64,000 nucleotides of DNA from Candidatus Poribacteria bacterium (GTDB lineage: Bacteria > Poribacteria > WGA-4E > PCPOR2b), in the NCBI GenBank assembly GCA_965116925.1, contig OZ220744.1:1728001-1792000 (forward strand), in the 5' to 3' direction. Below the pieces are notes generated by a model that made no database searches, was not told the DNA's origin, and was given only the letters and a program-made list of their open reading frames with translations. The translations under genes were made by a program, and so were the position numbers. Of the stretch, positions 9,711-19,392 are shown piece by piece. Numbering within the stretch: the first letter of the stretch is position 1; the number at the start of each line of letters is the position of its first letter.

Positions 9711-10994
9711 ATGATTAAAATCAGGGATAGATCTGTGTATGGTTGCTATATTTTCTTGACATGCAGCTTCCTATTGGTCTTCTCAAATATGAAGGTTGTC
9801 GCGGCAGATCAATCGGCTCCAAATTCAGGAAAAGAATATATCTACTTGCCCCTTGCCCTCTCGATTGTTCCTCAAGTAAGCTCCGTTGAGTACGATCCGA
9901 ACGAAGTTCCCCATCTGTCCTTCAACCTGCTAGCTGGCTACTATGCGAAACTGGATGGATTTGAGTTGGGTGGACTCGCTAATTTGGAAACAGAGGAAGT
10001 ATACGGCGTGCAATTTGCTGGACTGACAAACGTTGTTGGCGGGAACGTCAAAGGGTTCCAAGCTGCAGGTGGTCTCAATCTTGCCCGTACCGATCTCAAG
10101 GGATTACAGGTTGCATTGGGAGCGAATATTGTCGGTGGAAACGTCGAAGGGTTCCAGGGTGCCTATGGGCTCAATTTGGCAGGCAGCAATCTTGATGGAA
10201 TCCAGATATCAGGAGCTGCGAATATCGCTGACGGATACGTTGAAGGGGCGCAGGGCTCCTATGGATTTAATATCGCGCGTGGCGATCTCAAGGGGTTACA
10301 GGTGGCGAGAGGTGCGAACGTTGCCGGTGGGAGTGTCAGGGGATTCCAAGGTGCTTTTGGACTTAACTTGGGTAGTGATATCTACGGTCTGCAACTCAGC
10401 GCACTTAATATCGCTCGTGGGCGTGTCGGTGGAACACAGATTGGTGTTATCAATATCGCCCGGAGAATGACAGGATTCCAATTGGGTGTCGTTAATATAT
10501 CTGGAAGCAACACCGGCACTTCCGTTGGGCTATTCAGTTTTACCAAGAGCAAGCTCCTGCATCTCCGCCTCTGGAGCAGCGATACCGAAAATGCGAACGT
10601 CGGGCTGCGGTTCGGTAGTAGCCGCAGCTACAACCTACTGATAGTGGGTGCCCAACAAAACTCGGATCCGATGCGGTGGTCTTACGGAATCGGCATGGGT
10701 GGACATACTCCGTTGAGCGAGCATTTCTTTATGAATATTGATGGAGTTGTTCGGCATGTTCACTACGGTGTGTGGGATAAGGACGATCAAGACAATTTCT
10801 TGACTAAACTGCGCGTTGCTATCGGTTGGGAACAGTATCAACGCTTGAGTGTCTTTGGTGGTATCGCGCTGAATGTCTTTCTGTCCGGTGCAAGCGAAGC
10901 ATCTGACTTCGCCTATGGACTAGATTACTTGACCGAATGGGGCGATGTGAAAATCCGGCTTTGGCCCGGAGTCTTTGCCGGTGTTCAGTTTTAG
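9711..10994 (+). CDS. Surface repeat protein (LA_2272-like GxQxxxxxN repeats) with probable C-terminal barrel
   Basis: Signal peptide, about 12 repeats of 14-16 aa, terminal VFAGVQF. Confidence 0.8.
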   Translation: MIKIRDRSVYGCYIFLTCSFLLVFSNMKVVAADQSAPNSGKEYIYLPLALSIVPQVSSVEYDPNEVPHLSFNLLAGYYAKLDGFELGGLANLETEEVYGVQFAGLTNVVGGNVKGFQAAGGLNLARTDLKGLQVALGANIVGGNVEGFQGAYGLNLAGSNLDGIQISGAANIADGYVEGAQGSYGFNIARGDLKGLQVARGANVAGGSVRGFQGAFGLNLGSDIYGLQLSALNIARGRVGGTQIGVINIARRMTGFQLGVVNISGSNTGTSVGLFSFTKSKLLHLRLWSSDTENANVGLRFGSSRSYNLLIVGAQQNSDPMRWSYGIGMGGHTPLSEHFFMNIDGVVRHVHYGVWDKDDQDNFLTKLRVAIGWEQYQRLSVFGGIALNVFLSGASEASDFAYGLDYLTEWGDVKIRLWPGVFAGVQF

Positions 10995-11058
10995 GCGTTG
11001 CTACACCAAAGGGGACTGTTCTTAATTCCAAGTCCAGCAGAGGAAACCTACAACAAAT

Positions 11059-12573
11059 ATGAACCGACAGACGAAACTCATCCTTGGCATTGTAGGTGGG
11101 GTTGTATTCATTTTGTTATCCCTTTACTTCTTTTCACGCCGGCAAAAAGAATCGGATATTTCAATTATACCACCCGCCCCACCGCGCGATGTTACACCCG
11201 TTCCACTGCCGCCTCCTATACCTTCGACTATTGCGGTTAGGGCAACTCTGCCTATCGCGGATCTTGAAAACCTTGCCGCATCAGCACTTAGTGGTTATCT
11301 CCGTAACCCTATCCATAGGAAAGACGATTCGATGGAATACTATGTGACGTTAGCGTTGCGTGGAATCACCATGAAAGGCTCAGATAGTTCACTGCAAGGA
11401 TATAGTTCCACTGAACAGGTAATTGAGGCAGAGGCACTACTCACCTTTACCGGTTGGGTACGCGTCTCTAAGCAAATTTTTGGAAAAACGCTTCAAAAAC
11501 GGGAAGATGTTACCGGTAATGCAGTTGCCACACTACAACTTGGATTAACATTTAATCCAGATTGGAGTATTAATGCGACAGCACACTCAGATCTCCTCAT
11601 TCAACAGGCGGACATTGAAATTTTAGGCTTAACGGTTTCGATACGCAAGCCTCTTACAAAATTGATAAAAGAAATGGTCCTCCCTAAATTAGAGGCTAAA
11701 ATTATTGAATATCTCACCCAGATAGAGATAAAAAGCCGCGTCTCCAGTTTGTGGGCGCGGCTCTATGAACCGATAGTCGTGAATTCGGAACCCCCTATTT
11801 TGCTTTCAATAGAACCTTTAGAAATCATGGCACAACAACCTTCAAGCGATGCGGAAGCACTCTACCTCGATTTTGGCATAAAAACCTATATTAGAGCAAA
11901 CATTGGGGAGGAATCTCCACTTGTATCCGATGCAACGGATACAGAGATCCTACCAACGGAAGATAGAGAGGAACAGACGAAAGCGATACCGAACCTCCAT
12001 TTTGTGGACTCGCTTGAGGCGGGATATCGCATTACGGCACCGCTGCTAGTGACCTATGCTACTATCGAACAGCTAGCGCGCCCCCATGTAGAGAAAGCGC
12101 ACCGGCTTAAAGGGATCGAAACGTTTGTTGAGAGTTTAACCATTTATGGGAGTCAAACTAAGCTCGTTGCTGGGCTCTCTTTTCGGATGCCGAAACTCCG
12201 CGCGAGCGGACAGGTTTATCTCCTCGGCACTCCTCACTATAATTCAGACGAAATGACGCTCTCAGTTACCGATTTTGACTATTCGCTCACAACGCGAAGT
12301 CTGCTTTTGGAGATAGCAGAGAACATGGATGGGGGTGCCTTTCTAAACCTGCGTGAGAATGTAGAATCAAAACTTGTCTTTTCCTTGGAAGAGCGATTGA
12401 TGCTGTTACGGGAAAAACTCCAAGCGGCGATTGAAAACCAAGCTATTGGCTCCTATATTCGCTTACATGGGACCGTAGATGCGATTACCCCAGAGGGGCT
12501 CTATCTAACCTCGGAGGGTATCCGTATTCCCTTCCATTTAGAGGGAAAGCTGCACAGTAAGGTTGAACTATAG
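11059..12573 (+). CDS. DUF4403-like membrane-anchored protein
   Basis: N-terminal TM, proline-rich linker, PSTIAVRATLP, GQVYLLGTPHYN..LSVTDFDYSLTT. Confidence 0.7.
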   Translation: MNRQTKLILGIVGGVVFILLSLYFFSRRQKESDISIIPPAPPRDVTPVPLPPPIPSTIAVRATLPIADLENLAASALSGYLRNPIHRKDDSMEYYVTLALRGITMKGSDSSLQGYSSTEQVIEAEALLTFTGWVRVSKQIFGKTLQKREDVTGNAVATLQLGLTFNPDWSINATAHSDLLIQQADIEILGLTVSIRKPLTKLIKEMVLPKLEAKIIEYLTQIEIKSRVSSLWARLYEPIVVNSEPPILLSIEPLEIMAQQPSSDAEALYLDFGIKTYIRANIGEESPLVSDATDTEILPTEDREEQTKAIPNLHFVDSLEAGYRITAPLLVTYATIEQLARPHVEKAHRLKGIETFVESLTIYGSQTKLVAGLSFRMPKLRASGQVYLLGTPHYNSDEMTLSVTDFDYSLTTRSLLLEIAENMDGGAFLNLRENVESKLVFSLEERLMLLREKLQAAIENQAIGSYIRLHGTVDAITPEGLYLTSEGIRIPFHLEGKLHSKVEL

Positions 12574-12670
12574 TAGATTTTAGAATTAATGGGACACGCC
12601 AAACCGGTGCGGTTACAAACCGCACCTACCGGGGGGCGCAAGTGTTTCTTTATTTTTTGAATTCACTATA
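12569..12670. mobile_element. TA-bounded MITE with TATAGT(A/G)GAT ends and internal REP hairpin
   Basis: Imperfect ~29-bp TIR; hairpin GGTGCGGTTACAAACCGCACC-TAC; homologous to split copy 18008-19494. Confidence 0.8.
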
Positions 12671-12734
12671 AATCCTCCGGATGATTTTGATTAGACAGCT
12701 ATGGGAGTTGATTGAATGAGTATGACGTTTCCAC

Positions 12735-15008
12735 CTAATCAATTGCAATCCGCTCAATTGAATGGACAAAGAGTACATCATTCGCACCCGCGTAACGCCG
12801 CAGCGTTTGGGTCACTGCTTCCGGTTCGAGATTTTCCCCTGTTACACCTGCAATAACTAAATCAGCCTGCGAAGAGTGGTGGGTCACCTCTTCCTCCAAG
12901 GCTTCTCCATTGCTGCACGAAACAGAAGTCACATTCTGCGCTGAAATCGGCAGCCGCCCTTCTCTCATCCACGCTGAGAGCCTATCCGCCTCACGTTCAG
13001 CGTCCTGAGAATCAAAGCAAGCAAAGAGTTGAATCTCAGCCCGCCTCCATTCCGGGTGCCCCACAATGATATATGCAAGCAATAGCATCATTGGAGCGTT
13101 CCCCAAGTTATCTTCGGTCACCCATACGTGGATCGAAGACCGGTAACCGAATCGGTACTTTGTTGATCGTAGGATGAGCACATTGAACATCGAATTGGCA
13201 GCGAGCCGAGCCCCTTGCCCAACCGCATTGATTTCATCAGGATTGTCTTGATCGAACTCAAGCAGGATGGAGTTGTTCGGTAAGCCGGAAATCCCTGGCA
13301 TCTGCAGCGTCTGTGCAATAGCGAGTTGGAACGTTGGGCAAATCAGGGTATCAACAAAGATGCCTGCTCTGCTGATCTCTGTTCGCTGGATTAATTCGTC
13401 AACATGGACGCGCGCATCAATCTCATCAGGGAACGAGTAATTGCCATGGAAAAACTGGATGAAATGACCAAATCCGTGCCGATGGCAAATCCAACGGAGC
13501 AGATCAAAATGCCCAAGCCGACGTTCACCAAATTGGGTTACCGCAATGATTGATGGACGCCACCCGCCTTCAGATGAAATCACACGGTTCTTCTGTAGGG
13601 TAATCTGCAACCACCGGGTGAGTTGGAACATAGTTCCTTGGAAGATCGCCGTTAAGTCACGCTGCCCACGATGGGTATGGCGAAGTCCGAGATAGATTGC
13701 TAGCATGAGAAAAATTGAGATAAACGCATACAGCACATTTATCTGAATCATCATCAAGCCGCACATCACAGTGCCAACTAGTGATAAGTACCACCGAGAA
13801 TGAAACGTAGGACGATAGGACGGATTCCCTGCGAAGTGCTCTAGAAATGACACCGCACAGAGGACACCGTATGTCACAATGAAGAACATGGTGAGGATTC
13901 GGGCTATGAAGTCCACACCGCCAGCCACTACGAACACAATCGCTATCGCACCTGATACGCAGGTTGCGTACACCGGCTCCTGCGTCTGTCCTACCCCCTT
14001 TTCCATTAGACGGTTCAATCTAGAGAACGGCAGCACATTGTCGCGACCAATCATTTGGAGTGTTCTGGGAGCCACTAAAACCGAACCAAGGGCGGAGGAC
14101 AGGGCGGCTGCGCCCAACCCAATGTAAATCGCCGGGCCCCATACAGCAATCTTTGTCATAACAAACTGATCAGCGGCAAGTGCCTCAGGTATAGCACTTT
14201 GGGCAAGCTTTACAGCAACAAGCGCGTATATGACCATGCCCACAATTGTCGCGCCAATCGTACCCAAAGGTATACTCCGTTGAGGATTCTTCAGGTCGCC
14301 GGATAGCCCAAGCCCCGCAATCATGCCGGTGAAGGCGGGAAAACAGATTGCGAAAACGGTGCCGAAGCTATCACCCCCTTCGATTCGTGCCGTGATGTTC
14401 AGTCCTTCCGGGCGTATATCCGCGGGTGCTTCTCCCAAAAAGAACGCACCGATTGAGATCGCTAGGATTGCGTTGACCCCCCACAGTGCCCATATTCCCA
14501 TATCGGCTCCCTTAGTTAACATCAGCGCAATAAGGAGGAGCGTGCCGGTAAGACTCACCCAGCGGGCATCAAGCTTGAATTCGTACGTGGCAGCCACCCA
14601 TTCATAGAGCGGTTGCAAAGCCTCTGCAAACGCAACCATATAGAAAGCAATTGAGATCGCTTGGGAAAGGTACAGAGTAATCCCAATTGTGCCGCCGATG
14701 GTCGGACCAAAGGAACGGCTGACTATGTAATACGCACCGCCGCCCGCCACGCGGCGGTTGGTTGCAATCTCGGACACCGCCAACACTGTGGGAATGGTCA
14801 CCAGATGCCCAAGAGCGATAATTGCCAAGCTGCCCCAAAGTCCTACATGACCGACAGCGTAGCCGAACCGCAAGAAAAGAATTGCACCCAGAATCGTACA
14901 GATTGAGGTGAGGAAAACAGGGGCGGTGCCAAAGCCGTGCCCATCTTGAGAATGTGAGACACCGCTGCTGGAGGTCGCCCCGGATTGTTGTGTCGGATTT
15001 GAAAGCAT
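12735..15008 (-). CDS. Cation-chloride cotransporter (SLC12/CCC-like) APC-superfamily permease
   Basis: ILGAILFLR, SEIATN, GGGAYYIVSRSFG, FPAFTGMIAG..SGDLKNP, WRPSI cytoplasmic domain. Confidence 0.9.
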   Translation of the reverse strand: MLSNPTQQSGATSSSGVSHSQDGHGFGTAPVFLTSICTILGAILFLRFGYAVGHVGLWGSLAIIALGHLVTIPTVLAVSEIATNRRVAGGGAYYIVSRSFGPTIGGTIGITLYLSQAISIAFYMVAFAEALQPLYEWVAATYEFKLDARWVSLTGTLLLIALMLTKGADMGIWALWGVNAILAISIGAFFLGEAPADIRPEGLNITARIEGGDSFGTVFAICFPAFTGMIAGLGLSGDLKNPQRSIPLGTIGATIVGMVIYALVAVKLAQSAIPEALAADQFVMTKIAVWGPAIYIGLGAAALSSALGSVLVAPRTLQMIGRDNVLPFSRLNRLMEKGVGQTQEPVYATCVSGAIAIVFVVAGGVDFIARILTMFFIVTYGVLCAVSFLEHFAGNPSYRPTFHSRWYLSLVGTVMCGLMMIQINVLYAFISIFLMLAIYLGLRHTHRGQRDLTAIFQGTMFQLTRWLQITLQKNRVISSEGGWRPSIIAVTQFGERRLGHFDLLRWICHRHGFGHFIQFFHGNYSFPDEIDARVHVDELIQRTEISRAGIFVDTLICPTFQLAIAQTLQMPGISGLPNNSILLEFDQDNPDEINAVGQGARLAANSMFNVLILRSTKYRFGYRSSIHVWVTEDNLGNAPMMLLLAYIIVGHPEWRRAEIQLFACFDSQDAEREADRLSAWMREGRLPISAQNVTSVSCSNGEALEEEVTHHSSQADLVIAGVTGENLEPEAVTQTLRRYAGANDVLFVHSIERIAID

Positions 15009-15054
15009 TAAAATGGTTTCTCCTTCATCAAAATGTCAACACGCCCTAACTTGT

Positions 15055-15417
15055 TTATTCAGCTTCTTTTTTCTCCTGATCACCGGAGTGGGCATCAGCC
15101 AGTTCCGACTTCTTTTCGACAAAAGCGGTTTTCCCAGCCTCGACAGCTGCCTTCACGCTTTCCGTCGTATCGCCTACTTCTACTTTCCCTTTCCCTACCA
15201 AATTAGTAACCTTTTCGGTTGTTACATTTTTTACACGATGGGTAGTACTGATAGCTTTCTCCTTAACAACCGTAGAAGCATCGCGAATCTTTTGCCGTGT
15301 TTCTCTACCCTTCATGGGTGCAAAAAGCAACCCGAGGGCTGAACCAACTAAGCCGCCCGAAAGGAATGCCAAAAATGCACCAAACTTATTACCTTGTTTT
15401 TCGCTACACATTTGCAT
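15055..15417 (-). CDS. YtxH domain protein
   Basis: FLSGGLVGSALGLLFAPMKGRETR. Confidence 0.9.
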   Translation of the reverse strand: MQMCSEKQGNKFGAFLAFLSGGLVGSALGLLFAPMKGRETRQKIRDASTVVKEKAISTTHRVKNVTTEKVTNLVGKGKVEVGDTTESVKAAVEAGKTAFVEKKSELADAHSGDQEKKEAE

Positions 15418-15503
15418 AACCTCCTTAGTTATAGTTAAACGTTTAGCCGTATACTTACGCCTAATTTCACGAATAATCCAAAGAAATACTGCGGAACAGA
15501 AAT

Positions 15504-16091
15504 CTACTCATTTTGTTCTATCGAAGTTTTATCTTCTGAATTTGATATGTGTGATGGCCGAGAACCTCTGAATACCTCCCAACCAGCCTTAATCGCGCTC
15601 CATGTGCTGATAATGTCTGTGACAGAACCGGCTAGTCGATCACGATAGTATTCTGCCTGCTTGATTGTTGTTTGTGAAGCATCTTTGACGGTATCAACTA
15701 ATTCATTGATTTTCGCAATGTTGTGATTTACGGTTTCCGTTATTTCTTGGATGTTATGTGTTGTCGCTCGAATTTCGGATTCACTCATCTGCTGGACGGA
15801 AGCGGTAATCCCACTGATATTCTCAAGCAATTGAGGAAGTTTTTGATTCAATTCTGTAACGGTCACATCCAGAGAGATGAGTAAAGCACTCACTTCGTGA
15901 TGTATGCCTACAAGGTCCTCAGCTGCTTTAAATAAACTAGGAACATCTTTACCTAGCAGATTCTCTACAGATTTTAAAGTCTTCCCAATCCGAAATGCTA
16001 GCCATATAAAAAAGATGGAAAGCACCAATAACAATAAACCCAAAGGGATTTGCCAGTAAAGCGAAGTAGCCACATTAAACAGAATATCCAT
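15504..16091 (-). CDS. DUF948/YtxG-like membrane-anchored coiled-coil protein
   Basis: N-terminal TM plus helical coiled coil, directly upstream of ytxH-like gene. Confidence 0.65.
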   Translation of the reverse strand: MDILFNVATSLYWQIPLGLLLLVLSIFFIWLAFRIGKTLKSVENLLGKDVPSLFKAAEDLVGIHHEVSALLISLDVTVTELNQKLPQLLENISGITASVQQMSESEIRATTHNIQEITETVNHNIAKINELVDTVKDASQTTIKQAEYYRDRLAGSVTDIISTWSAIKAGWEVFRGSRPSHISNSEDKTSIEQNE

Positions 16092-16308
16092 ATTTACTCC
16101 TCACAAAATCAGGACATATTCACCTCATCTCCACTTAGTAAAGTTTTCAACCTTATGCGCCTCGAAACAATTTTGGATATTGCTTTGGTTTTTAGCAGAT
16201 CATTTGATGCTTTCTGCATTTACCAAATTGGTGACAGCCAAACGTCAAGGTAGCACAGCAACTTGAATCAAATCATGTCCATTCTGGTGGTATGTCTCAA
16301 TCGAGAGG

Positions 16309-16370
16309 TATGGGGGCTTCATAAAATGTGAGGCAATACCTTGGGCTTTATGAAGTCCCTGTCCCCCATA
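16309..16370. terminator. Long inverted repeat downstream of the beta-barrel gene (terminator or stabiliser)
   Basis: TATGGGGG/CCCCCATA and CTTCATAAA/TTTATGAAG stems. Confidence 0.45.
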
Positions 16371-16388
16371 GTTTTGCGCTTCCTCTAT

Positions 16389-17579
16389 TTAGAAGACACG
16401 GTAGTTGAGTACGACAGTAAAATTGCTGGTGATGTCTTGATCAGATACAATTTCAATCTGCTCTGTTGCCACTAGATTGAGGTTATTCTCAATGTAGTAG
16501 ATGAACGAGATTCCTAATGCCTGACTATTCTCCGTATCCCCACCTTCGGGCTTGGACAACTGAAACAGATGTCGAAGACGCAAGTCAATACGGTTGGACA
16601 ATTCGTAGGAAATATCGCTTGACAGGGATAACGCGTATGCGGATCCAAAGCTATCAAACGGTGTATTCATTGTAATACGCTCACTGATTTGCCATCGCCA
16701 CGCAATTGGCCGTGCATAGCTCGCAGTCACATCAAGATTCGCTATTGGACGATCTTGGCCCTCATACGGTGTGGTGATATCGAATTTGGAACCAAGTGCT
16801 ACGTCCCAACCATAGAACCGATCTGCGATATCCTCACGTTCAAGAATCTCCTCAATCCGAAGCACCCCGATTGCACTAAGTCCATCTTCTTTGAGCAGTC
16901 CTGATTCACGCATAACCGCTTCCATGTCTTTATACCACTCTTTTTTGTAGACCTCGCCGAACCTATCTTGATATTCGCCTTCGCGGTTGATAATCTTACT
17001 CAGCTCTAGAATCACGTCCTTGGGCAGATGGCCGCTAAGTTCCCCTTCGTTAATGAGAAATTCTTCGATGCGAACGGCTTTTGCCAGCGCAGTCGCTTCA
17101 ATAAATCGTCCATATCCCAACCCAACAGTCACGGCGGAAGCGGGCCGGTCATATACTTTTTGCATGTCTGAACTAGCACGGATGGAACCAAAGCTATCTT
17201 TGAGTAACGGATTGCTTTCCATCAGATATTTTTTGACGCCGGCATCTCCGTTGACTTGGTAATTGTTGTCATACTCATCTGTCTCTATGTTCTTATCCAC
17301 CAAACCGGACCCAATAATGTCAATTGAATAACCAAACGGCAAGGAATCATAGAACCTTTTGTAAATACCACCAATATTTCCTTTGCTGGTTGTCGCAGTT
17401 GATCCTGATGTTGCATGGTTCATGGAAAAATCAATGAGGAGGCGGTCCGCAGCACTGACTGGTACTTCGTAGTCAGTAACAGATACTTCTTGTGCAGATA
17501 CATCGTTCGCAACAAGAATAAGTCCTCCAAATAATACAAGTGAAGCTCCTAGCAGAGCATACGCACATCTCTTCAACAT
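16389..17579 (-). CDS. Uncharacterised outer-membrane beta-barrel protein
   Basis: AAGGAG RBS, signal peptide ending VSA, alternating beta strands with central helical insert, terminal LNYRVF. Confidence 0.75.
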   Translation of the reverse strand: MLKRCAYALLGASLVLFGGLILVANDVSAQEVSVTDYEVPVSAADRLLIDFSMNHATSGSTATTSKGNIGGIYKRFYDSLPFGYSIDIIGSGLVDKNIETDEYDNNYQVNGDAGVKKYLMESNPLLKDSFGSIRASSDMQKVYDRPASAVTVGLGYGRFIEATALAKAVRIEEFLINEGELSGHLPKDVILELSKIINREGEYQDRFGEVYKKEWYKDMEAVMRESGLLKEDGLSAIGVLRIEEILEREDIADRFYGWDVALGSKFDITTPYEGQDRPIANLDVTASYARPIAWRWQISERITMNTPFDSFGSAYALSLSSDISYELSNRIDLRLRHLFQLSKPEGGDTENSQALGISFIYYIENNLNLVATEQIEIVSDQDITSNFTVVLNYRVF

Positions 17580-17671
17580 AATAAATCTCCTTTTTGTAGG
17601 TGTTTTGGTAGTCAATAAACAGTCAACGGTAACTGAAATCGAAAAAAATTAAAAGACAAATCGTAATATGG

Positions 17672-17688
17672 TGCAAGTACTATGCCAG
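17672..17688 (-). promoter_or_regulatory. Sigma54 (-24/-12) promoter
   Basis: Minus strand CTGGCATAGTACTTGCA matches YTGGCACGNNNNTTGCW with correct GG-N10-GC spacing; about 90 bp upstream of 17579; divergent bEBP gene nearby. Confidence 0.8.
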
Positions 17689-17869
17689 CAGCGAGGGCCG
17701 CCTTATGCTCAACTGTTGTAAAATTAACGGGAAGCCCTATCAAATCTGGATTGATAATATCTTTCCACATATCAAAACAAAATTTCATACAAGCGATTAT
17801 TATTTTAGCAATATTTTTCAGAGACTTGAAAAGGCTAACTACTCTCCTCTGAAAAATCGGCAAAAAGCA

Positions 17870-17898
17870 TTGATTTTCTCTGATGTTTCAAGTAGAAT
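17870..17898 (+). promoter_or_regulatory. Putative sigma70 promoter toward the bEBP gene
   Basis: TTGATT-17bp-TAGAAT followed by a hairpin-rich leader. Confidence 0.5.
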
Positions 17899-18027
17899 AT
17901 AATCAGTGTTGAGAGTATTTCCGCTTTTGGCTCTCAACGATTTACCCCCCGCGCTTAGAACATGCGCGTCGTAAATCAGGTTTGTGCTATTAAAGCATAC
18001 CTCAACTTATAGTGGATCTTAGGATTA

Positions 18028-19392
18028 CTAAAGTTTAGACAATTCTTATTTTCTTGATGTAGTCCTATCAAGGGTTTGTTGAATATCGTCGGCATTGATG
18101 TTTTTACCGAACATCGCAGAAACTAATCGGTTTTCCATTAAAGCCCGTAGATACCGCACCATCAACCCGCGTGTCAACTTAGCGGGTCGATACCAATCAA
18201 TGCCCAATGTCTGAGTTACCTGCTCGATGGTTACCGGCGTGTCAGTATGGGAAGTGACAGCAAATAGCAATTGGGTCATGCAACAGGCAACGAAACTGAG
18301 TTGGACAAACCGATTGATGCTTTTTCGACACTTGACCCGATAGGTGTCAAAGCCGAAGTGTTGCTTGGTGTCCCGAAAGGCGGTCTCAATCAACCATCTC
18401 TGTCGGTAGTATCGCACAATCTGCGGTAAATCTAGGGTTAAGTCAGTGGTAAAGACACAGAAGTATCGAAACGGCTTACGCCTTTTGTCACGGGTTCGCA
18501 TCACCACGACCCGAACGGGTTGTGGACACATTTTGGTTCGGGCGACTCTGGTTGCTATGGCATACTGTTTATCGTCAATGTCAGTCGTTTTATACCGCAG
18601 ATACGGCAGATGAATCCGTTCACCGTATCTCTTAGGTCTGCCGGGTTTGGATCGCTTGGGCGGAGTAGGTAACCGATAGAACACTGCATTCGACTTGGCA
18701 CGACACAACAGGTGGTGTCCCGCTTTAAGGACACAGCCAAACACTTTCTGTCGAGCGAATCCCCGGTCAAAGATAATCAGACCCGCAGGGATGCGGTTGC
18801 ATATCCGCTTCAGAACTGACTCACTAGTGTCGCGCTTTGTCTGTGGACACATCAACTTGACAAACACCGGAAAAAGTATCGTCTCGTGGACGGTGCTACA
18901 AAGTAATCCCAATGCACCAAACTGGTGACCATGGTGAAACTTCGATTGATTCGTGTTGCGTGTGTGATAGCGATGGTTCTTGAAAAAATGAAGTCCAAAC
19001 TGCGTCTGGCCGGTCTTTCGTGCGTGCGTCTCATCGTAAACGTAGACCCAGTTATCGAAACACCCCTGTAGCAACTTCAGCAGATGGTGAGCGACCCTAT
19101 CGGCGTCCCACTTGCCACGCGAAAGGAACTTCACCAGCGAGTGGTAACCCGTTTTCGGACGAACCGCTTGATAAATGCCGGTCAGCGTCGCACCCTCGCG
19201 CTGTGTGATAAGTCCCACAACAAAAACACAAAACAGATGAAAGTTTTGAGACTTGAATAACGGACGAAAATCGGTTAAAATAGCATTCAGGCAGAATATG
19301 AGGTACATAACTTCTCCTTTCAAAATTGTGATGGATTTCTGAAAGGATAACCTCTTTTCTGCCTTTTTGCATTAAAATTGTCTAAACTTTAG
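18028..19392 (-). mobile_element. Insertion sequence, IS701/IS4-like DDE, 1365 bp
   Basis: Perfect 17-bp TIR CTAAAGTTTAGACAATT; 8-bp TSD TAGGATTA at 18020-18027 and 19393-19400. Confidence 0.92.
18046..19308 (-). CDS. DDE transposase (IS701/IS4-like)
   Basis: YDET, IFDRGF, YRQRWLIETAFRDTKQHFG (YREK-type signature). Confidence 0.92.
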   Translation of the reverse strand: MYLIFCLNAILTDFRPLFKSQNFHLFCVFVVGLITQREGATLTGIYQAVRPKTGYHSLVKFLSRGKWDADRVAHHLLKLLQGCFDNWVYVYDETHARKTGQTQFGLHFFKNHRYHTRNTNQSKFHHGHQFGALGLLCSTVHETILFPVFVKLMCPQTKRDTSESVLKRICNRIPAGLIIFDRGFARQKVFGCVLKAGHHLLCRAKSNAVFYRLPTPPKRSKPGRPKRYGERIHLPYLRYKTTDIDDKQYAIATRVARTKMCPQPVRVVVMRTRDKRRKPFRYFCVFTTDLTLDLPQIVRYYRQRWLIETAFRDTKQHFGFDTYRVKCRKSINRFVQLSFVACCMTQLLFAVTSHTDTPVTIEQVTQTLGIDWYRPAKLTRGLMVRYLRALMENRLVSAMFGKNINADDIQQTLDRTTSRK

